Part shown: positions 30,101 to 38,117 of the stretch, in pieces
How the letters are laid out: each line of letters begins with the position of its first letter
Numbering within the stretch: the first letter of the stretch is position 1
Assembly: GCA_944383415.1 (NCBI GenBank)
Contig: CALWPK010000001.1
Coordinates: 103,107-167,106 of the forward strand
DNA: 64,000 bases
Direction of reading: 5' to 3'
DNA from: an uncultured Clostridia bacterium
Lineage (GTDB): Bacteria > Bacillota > Clostridia > Christensenellales > UBA1242
The notes under the pieces: model-generated
What the model was told of the DNA's origin: nothing
The model's database searches: none
The model's input: only the letters and a program-made list of their open reading frames with translations
Program-made: the position numbers and the translations under genes

Positions 30101-32307
30101 ACCACAGAATATATGGAGACTCCCGTGATCGGCTGGCGGTCGATGGTGAAAGTGCGATAAGATAACGCTCTTCCTTCGCTATTCAACTCGATCAAAAAAC
30201 TTGCCCCAGATCTATCGGCTATATTTTGACCTAGCACCTGACCGTTTGTTAGCGTATAAGCGGTAGTGTTGAGGAGTTGATCTTTGTTATAAAATTGATT
30301 GGTCACACTATAATAGTTCGCACTGATTTTTCTTTCGAATACATCTGGATCCGTCCAATATACACGCACGTTTTTGTTGGTATATCCGCCCGAACCGATA
30401 GCCTTGCCGTCAACGCCATTTTCATACTCTACGACATTCACGTTCACCGTATCTGTTCCGTATTGGAAAGCAAACACTTGATAGTAATCGTAGTTCACTG
30501 CCTGTTCACTAGAAAATCCATTGACGTCCACCTTTATAAACACAAGGTAATATCCTGTGGAACTGAACGAAGTTTGATTCGAATATACTGAATAGCCATT
30601 AAGAGAGTCGTCTAGCAAAATCTCGCTAGTAAACTTGACTTTGCTAAAATAGTAGAAACTTTGATTGGCAGTATATGTATCATTTGAACTCAGCCATAGC
30701 GAGCCTTGATTTGTCTTTTCATAATTAATGCCTGCGATAATGTCCGAGACAGCATTTACATCCAATTTGTATATCCCACTATCAGAAATTACATTGTTAG
30801 ACAGGATCCTACCAACAGTTGCACTGCTCGCTGTCATATCTTGATTCAGGTTGGCGTCCTGACTGGTGAGCACACTGCCGACCTGTGCATTTGAAGATGT
30901 GTCCAAACTATACACCACCCCCAAAGAAGAAATGGATGGTTCGCTGTCCCTTAGATATCCGTTAGGTACGATCAGATCGACTAGATCTGCACTATTTTTC
31001 GACAAAGTGAGATATCTCATCTGTGCTTCTTCATAGTTTGCCTTTGAATATTTCAACTCAAAGCCCGTGATCACAAGCGACTGATTTGATATAGTCAAAT
31101 TCATATTTGGAGCACTGCCAGCGTTGTATCCAGAGTATAGATAACTGAATGAAAAGTCGTAGTTGCCCATCTCTGTCAAGAGAATGACTGCAATATTATT
31201 CTCACTATCTGAATTGTAGTTTGAAAGTGAATATGTGACATATCTTGTGCCTGTAGAATTCGTGATAGTCAAAACTAAATTGGCAGTCTCTCCGCCCAAA
31301 TTGGAATTCGTGACATAAGCGTAATCATAGGTGGTCACCTTACCATTTGCCGTCAAAGTGTATTGCATTTTGTATTTCGTATAATCATAGATAAGCGTAG
31401 GATAGTTCGTAGAAGATCTGCCCAAATAATATCTGTACGCCCCACCTGAGTCTGCATTAAAAGTGGTGTTGTATAGATTCAGGGTCGGAGCAGAACTATA
31501 TGTATACGTGCCTCCAAAACTGATATCGTTCGAATATGAACTTTCATATAGAATATAAAATTCAAATGTCTGATTGTAGGTGGTGTCGTTGTATCTATAG
31601 GTAATGTTGAACTGATAGAATCCCTCATTGCCTTCTACCTGAGGAATGATGTAGACAAAATCTTGATATGTATTGTTATCATACTGCCTCACGCCTGGCA
31701 AATTGGTTATCAGACTACCGTTTCTATACGCGATGATATTGATATATTGAATGTTGGCGCCACTGTCCTCGTCCGCTTTGATGATGGCACCCGCATCGTA
31801 TACGTATTGCCCGAACGAGAGCATCACAGCCTCTGCCATACTTTGCACGCTGTATCCAGTGTCTGTTTGGATATATGAAGAATAGTCGCTATTCGAGTAA
31901 TAGGTCTGACCATCTACGATCGTTTCATCGTTGTTTAGCATAACGAATTCACCATTGCCTATTACATATTTTTCATTGCCCGAATTCGCAATGTCTAGAT
32001 AGTAATATGGATTGTTACCCCTTGATAGCATAGTTTCAGTCGTCTCGACTCCCGCACTATCTGTATATAGCGGGGTAGAAAACACATCCTGAGAATATTG
32101 ATCAGCGGTGGATATCACAGCCACTTTTTCCGCTGACAAAATTAGATTATTCGAATCAACCGCACTGAAAGTCTCATTGCCGATTGTGGTCACCGCATAT
32201 ATCTTTTCACCATTCTCTCTATTCCTTAGTCCGACAAAAACTATAGCCGTGACGATCGCGACTAATAGAATGGCTAATCTATAAATAACTATTTTCTTCC
32301 CCTTCAA
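24190..32307 (-). CDS. Giant membrane-anchored surface protein (2705 aa), N/T/S/Y-rich, beta-rich repeats
   Basis: Uninterrupted 8.1-kb ORF with a TTG start behind AGGGGAAG. N-terminal TM/signal is KIVIYRLAILLVAIVTAIVFVGL. C-terminal TM plus basic tail is VWAIVIIVVVSVIVIAVVTTIIILRTRMRIR. Confidence 0.85.
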   Translation of the reverse strand: MKGKKIVIYRLAILLVAIVTAIVFVGLRNRENGEKIYAVTTIGNETFSAVDSNNLILSAEKVAVISTADQYSQDVFSTPLYTDSAGVETTETMLSRGNNPYYYLDIANSGNEKYVIGNGEFVMLNNDETIVDGQTYYSNSDYSSYIQTDTGYSVQSMAEAVMLSFGQYVYDAGAIIKADEDSGANIQYINIIAYRNGSLITNLPGVRQYDNNTYQDFVYIIPQVEGNEGFYQFNITYRYNDTTYNQTFEFYILYESSYSNDISFGGTYTYSSAPTLNLYNTTFNADSGGAYRYYLGRSSTNYPTLIYDYTKYKMQYTLTANGKVTTYDYAYVTNSNLGGETANLVLTITNSTGTRYVTYSLSNYNSDSENNIAVILLTEMGNYDFSFSYLYSGYNAGSAPNMNLTISNQSLVITGFELKYSKANYEEAQMRYLTLSKNSADLVDLIVPNGYLRDSEPSISSLGVVYSLDTSSNAQVGSVLTSQDANLNQDMTASSATVGRILSNNVISDSGIYKLDVNAVSDIIAGINYEKTNQGSLWLSSNDTYTANQSFYYFSKVKFTSEILLDDSLNGYSVYSNQTSFSSTGYYLVFIKVDVNGFSSEQAVNYDYYQVFAFQYGTDTVNVNVVEYENGVDGKAIGSGGYTNKNVRVYWTDPDVFERKISANYYSVTNQFYNKDQLLNTTAYTLTNGQVLGQNIADRSGASFLIELNSEGRALSYRTFTIDRQPITGVSIYSVVTTTNASDGSAVYEFRTNVAGDYVRISNSITDSLATIFWNDKDSGANISLTYTFTPFVRDSSISPDQIFSSYSEIWHSTNYRLGTTVGSFDDIYKADSIGSEIPASSVLRNQGIYVFTLTDEAGNSCKYMFIIDYTESFFEVNGEMITQTSQLFGDDVTINVGTHKVISLFENSADTKSELYSLIKATSTDEYEALGYYVESDTNINALNNLFSILNSDNTYYLKVQNSSLTAYTNQGILDNSLSIPTISANNHSRVMTHQISASTSTIRTFYLLGINQAYVSTQDSDSFVTIEINKDNSRGSVYYSQDNFTINNLNNSNVHKLDTGSDNEANGVVYNGVEGAFATSDNYVAFVWTQGSGLYEVESVSYRQYELNLSEANFDSSKFYYYTSVNPRDVILYNSDGAQNGATYNDASDRYFALLNVSDGRTTEGLYVVTRTYRGEDSTDFGDDKRVQNYYFIVDRNEIIDVTNAINGGYITIGLLERETEYNEFSQIGTQTGRLDYLEDDIVNSVYNLYLSTDKLPATLNVPVGKYFGGTFGSSYYSGRLVFDVYFKDVQNQLSGVDRGKTIKLFSIDVEESADTSNYSNGYYIIDIDRYLSEISQNLRDRFIREDNEGNWLCLNGDYVVVIRDLVEGSSGSHQKMIGFRLQNSEPTTDVYSVPRKDNTVNNAIYEAEKIGGTYTLTTSEEFVKIDLNEYNPDGLNAEVDVNYLIVNRTLNGVTSEYINYRYSNTGGEYNLDNESDVVQNIRDEQGNLSRVITLNTYLRDQNGDIDIDNLHKTLYYDITIRYKLSSATDNEDYINCYYYYNAEGEMVEFYETHYRVIIDRIPPENNINNLLQTDTLVDYYIEESGVDMFESAVYEDNSGVYFVNQYTAYYQDRDVGEIYAFRVDNTTPFDKTDISRLYYRVLEGGLGSVSLNLPVTNYASYTSITNLSNVNTYAGLFTNNQYGQYIEILEQDSAGNTTQYVIFYSANGDYDALEMTFNVTRVMEGAIDDENVQFSLSTDSINNSLTIFDINLPGEEVFNVISDNIVDRFYRFELISMLGSTYHINTNASTEFTNNGLAQDIINMIKNAGQGNYIFRIYSRTNTYSTTLNYYDVNERIELNILNLVNIVNGRYQIDLAGANVTHNGITYYAEEIIVRHNGETYTYVCRPENGQYNYYLVTPDGYELVSNIIANLTEGTYQIEMTDAFGETSYHRFNTSGEDFYSLEFEGGNSYELSNVYYSFNQATIRYNSEVYQNANIIYSISGINNQTVASTATSVTYSGTEIINIDRENGVINIIPYLGANYLGEALSVTVQLIFNNEVEFVYNVVIDTRTGAVNLRDTNNSSQGMEVDINTDFEDTAYSTTSSGTMNLTWNKIENEYFNYVYLLHEEMLDGEYATEDLSEFSSCVINTGEDSAGSYKFEIQIYTKDGLYLGNKVYSFSVQAIVNQLYYVQTGNNEAVGQNSSFTFAELENLQETTGIAVADIAKTFGFESVDELPKTNIPLYISNEDLFVVISTDQGASQLIYSKTFGTYRFEVRRIYTSTYSLYIGILNVAKTDNVVNGISVNTSELPVNTNLSYTYVGESSDTFTLNFDQTIPTDNLLTRKNTVLLDVYYNDVFVKTVHTNNLGNSISFRIDGNGKYSFVFRDLAGNIHTFTTNTGVVQNSIDILILREVVITINSGAPIDNAYYNGDVVVNVYNPSMYNLGSISLYATRNGASYNPEKTQYNYTFTDYGTYRVTISANYTIGEEVHSLRKVIVFTIVNENESRDSIDLTSIGGYTISKVTNNLGTDITSNFLSVLNINTGTNGLLLTYDKMIENSALLGVSSGKQMFTLTYLVSDGIYPDREVTFSFTINNEIPNIECSLDPGESSTDGFTIRYNPGIIYDQVGDAMLYINNRLIATISSNSPTELMQTEITEERDGAGEYYIRLISSSGNVILSYKVEIKEPLNVWAIVIIVVVSVIVIAVVTTIIILRTRMRIR

Positions 32308-32902
32308 AATGCTTCCCCTTTTTATTTTCCCGAGTTTAGAGAAAATTATTTAATTTAATTAAATAAATAATTTATTTAATTTAGAATAAGTATATCATAA
32401 TAAAAAATAAATTACAAACAAAATTTTATATTAATCATAATATTTATTATTGCCCAAAATTAAATTAGATTAAAATATGCTATAGAGTGACATTTATTTC
32501 ATTTCGTCTAATCTTAAATTATTGTTTATGAAAATAATGCCGTCCCACCTTTATTAAAAATAAATTTGTATAGCAACAAAATATGAAATTAATATTGATA
32601 ATTTTTATTCAATTAAAATCTATTTATATAGAAAATTTGAATTGATATCACATACCTTTATCATTGAATAAAACAAATAGGAAAATAAATTGATAATAGA
32701 TATAATTTAATTTTTTAATATCAAAAATTTATAATATTTTTTGAATTAATTTATTTGGAATATTTCAAATTGAAGTAAATTATTTTTATGAATTTATTAA
32801 AAATTTAAAAAATATATAAAAAATTATTAAAAATTCATTAAAATTAATAAAAAATACACGATTTTTTCATATTTTCCGTGTATTTTTTAATTTTTAATAT
32901 TT
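32308..32902. other. ORF-free, extremely AT-rich island (~595 bp). Contains the ypeB terminator hairpin (32853-32884).
   Basis: No ORFs. AATACACG-loop-CGTGTATT is flanked by A/T runs on both sides. Confidence 0.8.
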
Positions 32903-34339
32903 TTAAATTAATTTTTGCACGCCGTTAGTCATCACTAGTTTCATAGTCTTAACTATCTGATTTTGATTCGCATCAATATAGTAAAAGTACATACCATCTA
33001 TTCTTTCTACCATAAATTCATAAGCAGATACCTCGCGTCCGCTATCGAGACGAATCACAGTTTTGCTCACTTTCAACACGTTATAGTCAAATCCCAGCAA
33101 ACTTTCCGCATCTGAGGTGTCCACCACAAATTCTAGATTGCGTTCTACGTGGTTCAATGCATAATTCACGGCCTCAAAACCGATCACTTCAAGACCAGTC
33201 AAATCAACTTTCACCTTCACCAGATCTGGATACATTATTACGTCTCGGATGACAGGTGCTAGATTGATATATGCAACATTGTCGTGCACCTCAAGCCACA
33301 CCGAATCCATACTCTCAAATCCTATATTATTGGCGAAAGTTTTTGCCAGTTCCATTGCCTGCTCATTTTTCATTATCGGATCTCCCGTTTCGGCATATCC
33401 GGATAATGTGATCAGTAGTCCACCCCGCTTGCTGACTTGAGCATAAAAAGTCTTCTTGCCAATCGTCACGTTGAAATCAAATGTTGCGATATCTCCATTG
33501 GTCTCTTTGTCAAACTCGACTTTCACATCCGACCTATTTTTGTACACTGTATTTTTCAAATAATCATAGGCTTCGTCCTTTCCAATTTCGTTTTCGCTCA
33601 AGCCCTTTACCTCTGTAGTTTCAAGTGCAGTAGAAAACGGTCCATCGAAAATCATCGCAGGATAATCTATGCTATCCGAAGTGAGATCTCCAAGACCTGC
33701 AGAGAGTTCGTTCATACCCGTATCGTCAAAGATAGACGAATCTACAAAATTGAATCCCGAATCATACATACTGGCATTTTGGCTGTTCAAATTTTCTTTG
33801 ATTTTGCCTAAGACTAGACCGATTTCATCGAAAACGAGTTCCTCATCTTGAGTGAGCGATTCTCCTCTATAAAGCGTGTTTGAATACGCCTCACACAAAC
33901 CGTTCACTTGATTGAAAAATTTGGTCGCACTAGAGGCATTCTCCTCATTGATAGGTAGCACGCTGAGTCCAGATAAAATGTAGTTGCAATCCAGCATCAT
34001 ATCCTGGAGCGAATTTAGTTTCGCCTGATTCGTCGTGAGAGTAGAATATTTGGCAACGTCTACTGCGAGATTGTTCACATTGTCCACCATTGAATAATAA
34101 CTAGATGTATACACTCCCTCCAAAACATTGGCGTTTTGTTTGCCCGAAGTGTACACTTGATAATAAGCAATCAAGACGCAGGTTAAAATGATCAATAGTG
34201 ATACTATCACAACAATCAGCCAAGGAATGAGTTTTTGTGCACGACTCTTTTTCTTGAGAATTTCACTCTGTTTCTTGTTTGATTCTGTTTGATTTTTTTC
34301 TTCTTCAAAATCAACACTTGTTATATTGTTATTTCTCAT
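32903..34339 (-). CDS. ypeB: Germination protein YpeB (PepSY-domain protein partnering SleB)
   Basis: Immediately downstream of sleB (11-nt gap). N-terminal TM followed by PepSY-like repeats. The ATG at 34339 follows AAAGGAGAA. The track start at 34408 overlaps sleB. Confidence 0.8.
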   Translation of the reverse strand: MRNNNITSVDFEEEKNQTESNKKQSEILKKKSRAQKLIPWLIVVIVSLLIILTCVLIAYYQVYTSGKQNANVLEGVYTSSYYSMVDNVNNLAVDVAKYSTLTTNQAKLNSLQDMMLDCNYILSGLSVLPINEENASSATKFFNQVNGLCEAYSNTLYRGESLTQDEELVFDEIGLVLGKIKENLNSQNASMYDSGFNFVDSSIFDDTGMNELSAGLGDLTSDSIDYPAMIFDGPFSTALETTEVKGLSENEIGKDEAYDYLKNTVYKNRSDVKVEFDKETNGDIATFDFNVTIGKKTFYAQVSKRGGLLITLSGYAETGDPIMKNEQAMELAKTFANNIGFESMDSVWLEVHDNVAYINLAPVIRDVIMYPDLVKVKVDLTGLEVIGFEAVNYALNHVERNLEFVVDTSDAESLLGFDYNVLKVSKTVIRLDSGREVSAYEFMVERIDGMYFYYIDANQNQIVKTMKLVMTNGVQKLI

Positions 34340-34350
34340 ACATTCTCCTT

Positions 34351-35049
34351 TTAAACTGCAAATATATGATTGCCTATCTGCGTCACATAAGTAGTTGTCC
34401 ATATCCAACTGCTAGTGGCAGTTTGAGGATTGTAATAATATACGGAGCCATAGGTTGGATCCCAGCCATTCAGAGCATCATCTGCAGCCTGATACGCCGT
34501 TGCATTTGGCTCAAGATTGATCTGCCCATCATTCACAGCAGTGAAAGCCCAAGGTTGATATATCACTCCCGCAATTGTGTTTGGGAATCTACTGTCCTCT
34601 ACTCTATTCAATACCACCGCACCGATTGCCACCTGTCCAGTATAACTTTCTCCACGTGCTTCAGCATAAATAACTTTTGCTAGCAAATATCTATCATTAC
34701 TATTATAACTAGACGAACTCGATCCGCCAGACAAACTTATGCCCATCTTTGCAGCAGTGAGCGGTCCGACAATGCCGTCTTGAGTCAATCCGTACTTCTT
34801 TTGAAATCTCTTGACCGCACTGATAGTGAGCGGTCCATTGATTCCATCTACATTTCCAGTATAATATCCCCATTTTTTTAGTCTCGTCTGCACTTCAGTG
34901 ATGTCGGCAGTGGCAGAATCTACCGAGTCAATTCGCGCGATTGTCGTCTCTGCTTTTTCTTCATTCACTCCTTGTATCGCGCTCACGCTACCCACAATGG
35001 CAAATGTCAAAGAGAGCATTACGAGCAATACTACTAACAATTTTTTCAT
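34351..35049 (-). CDS. sleB: Spore cortex-lytic enzyme SleB
   Basis: Signal peptide, PG_binding_1 repeat (LKKWGYYTGNVDGINGPLTISAVKRFQKKYGLTQDGIVGPLT) and a Hydrolase_2 domain (VIYAEARGESYTGQVAIGAVVLNRVEDSRFPNTIAGVIYQPWAFTAV). Confidence 0.88.
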   Translation of the reverse strand: MKKLLVVLLVMLSLTFAIVGSVSAIQGVNEEKAETTIARIDSVDSATADITEVQTRLKKWGYYTGNVDGINGPLTISAVKRFQKKYGLTQDGIVGPLTAAKMGISLSGGSSSSSYNSNDRYLLAKVIYAEARGESYTGQVAIGAVVLNRVEDSRFPNTIAGVIYQPWAFTAVNDGQINLEPNATAYQAADDALNGWDPTYGSVYYYNPQTATSSWIWTTTYVTQIGNHIFAV

Positions 35050-35058
35050 CCATCCTCC

Positions 35059-35622
35059 TTAATCGAAGAGATTTTTGAACCATTCTACGATCTTCGATTT
35101 ATACTTAATTTGGATAGAGTTTTCAAAATTATTCACAAAACACAAAGGTGGATACATCACACACCACCAATTGTCTCCTTCAGCCTCACCGAGTTCTACA
35201 ATAACTGCGTCATAATAGCCAGATTCAAGAGTGGTGTTTGAGTAAGTTCGCGTAGGGAAATATTCGTTGTCAATTTTCACATTGACAGAATAGTCAAAGC
35301 CACTCTCGATCAAAATTTCAGAGCAGATATCCTCCATCCTATCCGACAGCGCACGAGCCGTCTCGATCGCCTCCTCTTTGCTAGATAGCGTGCTAAAATA
35401 TGGAGTCAAAAACTCGACCAAACTATCCTTGATTTTATATTTCACATTTTGATCGACAGTGCTATTGCTATTGGCGCGAATATGTAGACGCAGGTAGTCA
35501 TACTCTTTGTTTTCAGGGAGGAATAGTGCTATGGCAACCACTACCACAATCATAATGATGATAATCAAAAATTTATTTTTCATATTTTTGATTTTTGGCA
35601 TTTTGAAAGCAAAAATACGCAC
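35059..35622 (-). CDS. spoIIR: Stage II sporulation protein R
   Basis: YLRLHIRANSNSTVDQNVKYKIKD and GEAEGDNWWCVMYPPLCF are SpoIIR signatures. The track start is GTG. Alternative ATGs are at 35601 and 35583. Confidence 0.88.
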   Translation of the reverse strand: MRIFAFKMPKIKNMKNKFLIIIIMIVVVVAIALFLPENKEYDYLRLHIRANSNSTVDQNVKYKIKDSLVEFLTPYFSTLSSKEEAIETARALSDRMEDICSEILIESGFDYSVNVKIDNEYFPTRTYSNTTLESGYYDAVIVELGEAEGDNWWCVMYPPLCFVNNFENSIQIKYKSKIVEWFKNLFD

Positions 35623-35663
35623 AATTTATGCGTATTTTGTGATATTTTTATAAATTTTAAATT

Positions 35664-36722
35664 TTAATTTGGATTTGCTCTCCCCGAACTGTTGAACAAA
35701 GCATTCCAAGTATTAGGTCCCACTATTCCATCTACCGACAGAGAATTTTCACTCTGAAAGGCACGCACTGCCCGCTCGGTCTCTGGACCAAAAATCCCGT
35801 CTAGATCCGTGATAGGATATAAGTAGGACAACAATAATTTTTGCATAAATAGCACGCTACTATTCCTGCTACCATTTCGTAAAACGGTCGCACCTGGATT
35901 TATATTCAAAAGAGCGTTCCAAGTGTTTGGTCCAACTATTCCATCCGCTGTCAGATTGTTGTTGCGTTGGAAATTCAATACCGCCTGATACGTGTTCCCT
36001 CCGAATATCCCATCAGGAGATAGATCGTAGCCATATTCATTCAAAAGATATTGCAAAATCTTCACGAAATTTCCACTATCTCCCTGCCTTATTAGAGGAT
36101 AATTATTCAGTTCTCGTGCGACATACGGCACTCCTAAAAATTCGCAAACACCCTGAGTCACACTTTCGGCTACGTTTTGAACAAAGATAGGATTCAGCAT
36201 CAATTTTGCTTCCTCAAAATTCGTCATAAAGCCAGACTCTATCAAAGTAGATGGGCAATTCACATTTGACAATATACCTATTGAAATTGTGCCCACAAAC
36301 CTTGCTCGAGTATTCAGATTTTGGCTAAGTTTTTCAAACACCTCTTCACTCAATTGCCTACTTTCGGTCGAATACGGATTGTACGGACTATAATACACTT
36401 CAAAGCCAGATGCAGAATTGAAACTATTGCCCGTGCCGAACGCATTATACGCAAACGTCACGACAAGACTGACTCGCGCTCTATTCGCTCGCACCACACG
36501 AGTTGAGACGGAAATGTCCTGCTCTTCTGGATGAATATCATACACATTGAATCCACACCTCAAGCACGCCATAATAAAATCATATTTTGCTTGACGATTG
36601 AATTCATTTTCGTAAAAACTCCTGCCTATATACGGCATAATCGGAGTGCGTTTGCCCACTGTAGGCGGATTAATTCCGTGCTCATCATTTGCACCAATCA
36701 AAAAATTGCTTGCTATTGCCAT
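35664..36722 (-). CDS. N-acetylmuramoyl-L-alanine amidase (Amidase_3) with three PG_binding_1 repeats
   Basis: Amidase_3-like core (FAYNAFGTG..GFEVYYSP, PSTLIESGFMTNFEEAKLM) plus three copies of DGIFG/DGIVGPNTWNAL. The ATG at 36722 follows GAGGTG. Confidence 0.8.
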   Translation of the reverse strand: MAIASNFLIGANDEHGINPPTVGKRTPIMPYIGRSFYENEFNRQAKYDFIMACLRCGFNVYDIHPEEQDISVSTRVVRANRARVSLVVTFAYNAFGTGNSFNSASGFEVYYSPYNPYSTESRQLSEEVFEKLSQNLNTRARFVGTISIGILSNVNCPSTLIESGFMTNFEEAKLMLNPIFVQNVAESVTQGVCEFLGVPYVARELNNYPLIRQGDSGNFVKILQYLLNEYGYDLSPDGIFGGNTYQAVLNFQRNNNLTADGIVGPNTWNALLNINPGATVLRNGSRNSSVLFMQKLLLSYLYPITDLDGIFGPETERAVRAFQSENSLSVDGIVGPNTWNALFNSSGRANPN

Positions 36723-36728
36723 TTTCAC

Positions 36729-37324
36729 CTCATAAGTTTTTATGCTATAAGAATTTTATTTGTCAACAGTTCTAAGCAATTAATTTATTTTTAATATTCA
36801 GATAAGATCCATATTTTAATTGTAACTCAAAGATTTTATAAAATTATATAATTATTAATTAATATTTTAAAATTGTTTTATTTAATTTTTTAATCTAAAA
36901 ATTTTTTTATTTATAAATTTGAATATTTTATTTACATTATTAAAACTTTAATTAATATTTTTAATATTTTATTGAGATTATTTTAAGTTTAATTTATATT
37001 TTTAGATATTTTATTATTTATTAAAATATTTTTATTATAATAGTGAAATTATATAAAACAATTAAAATATACAAAAAAGTATAATATCGATAAGTCAAAT
37101 ATATGAATTTTATATTCAACTTAAAATTAATAGTATTTTTGAAAATAAAATATATTTACAAATTCTTTGAAAGGTATTTAATAAAATTAATCAAAAAAAT
37201 AAAAAAATCTATAATAAATATCAAAAAAATATGATTTTATTATAAATTTTATGAAATTATTGAATTTTTTAATTTATTTAATTTTATATAAATTATTAAT
37301 TAAATTTTTTTAAATTTGGAATAT
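36729..37324. other. ORF-free, extremely AT-rich island (~595 bp)
   Basis: No ORFs except a track artefact at its edge. Almost pure A/T. Confidence 0.8.
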
Positions 37325-37924
37325 TTAATTTGATGATTTTTCATCCAAATAGGTAGCCTCTAGATCGGATACGTGAATTAGCAACGCTATAGGGAAACGC
37401 GAATACGCTTCAGATAGATCACTACCCATCTGCGCCCGAATGTCAAATCCTCCCATGTGCCAATTGATCGCCATCGCCTCCTCGCGATTGAGACGCATAA
37501 AACCGCTGATTATATACACGGACTTTTCCCCGTGACCATAAGGTAAAGTATTGTTATAGGCAAAATATGGCACTTGCACCCACTGACCATCCACCTTTTG
37601 ATTCCTATAATCTTGCGTGTATGTATTGATTTTGCACACGTCGTGCAAAAGAGCGATTATCGCAATGCTTTCATCCGAGATCCTCTCTTTGTAATTTTCG
37701 CCAAATTCAGATATGATGTTCTTTTTGAATCTATGATATACATTTAGCGAATGTTGACACAGTCCGCCTATGTATGCAGAATGTCTTTTGCCTGACGCTG
37801 GAGACGTGAAAAAGTTGCTCGAATTGATAAGATAATCTAGCAATTTATCCGATCCCTCTCGCTTGATATTTTCATTATAAATTTTGATAAACTCCGCTTT
37901 GGTCTCTTCTACTGTCTTTTCCAT
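37325..37924 (-). CDS. HD-domain phosphohydrolase family protein
   Basis: H..(N) and LLHDVCK motifs. RBS AAGGAGAGG. Confidence 0.7.
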   Translation of the reverse strand: MEKTVEETKAEFIKIYNENIKREGSDKLLDYLINSSNFFTSPASGKRHSAYIGGLCQHSLNVYHRFKKNIISEFGENYKERISDESIAIIALLHDVCKINTYTQDYRNQKVDGQWVQVPYFAYNNTLPYGHGEKSVYIISGFMRLNREEAMAINWHMGGFDIRAQMGSDLSEAYSRFPIALLIHVSDLEATYLDEKSSN

Positions 37925-38117
37925 ACCTCTCCTTTTTTTGTTTTTTTATGATTCAAACTGATTATAAAATTTTAAAATTCAACCTCTCTCGCACTTTAGA
38001 TCAAAATTATTTGATCTTCACTTTCATTTTTGATGCGTGAAACTGAGTATATGTAGAATTTTTCAATATAAATTTACCTCTCTAATTTAGATATCTAAAG
38101 TTATTTTTTTATTTCCC

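Noticed and set aside
24077-31878. Many 60-140-aa plus-strand ORFs antisense to the 2705-aa gene. Similar antisense ORFs occur within pheT, the ger genes, the 1486-aa gene, the ATPase, lysS, yidC and the LRR gene.
   Set aside because: They are typical antisense or shadow ORFs of long genes, with no start context or recognisable motifs.
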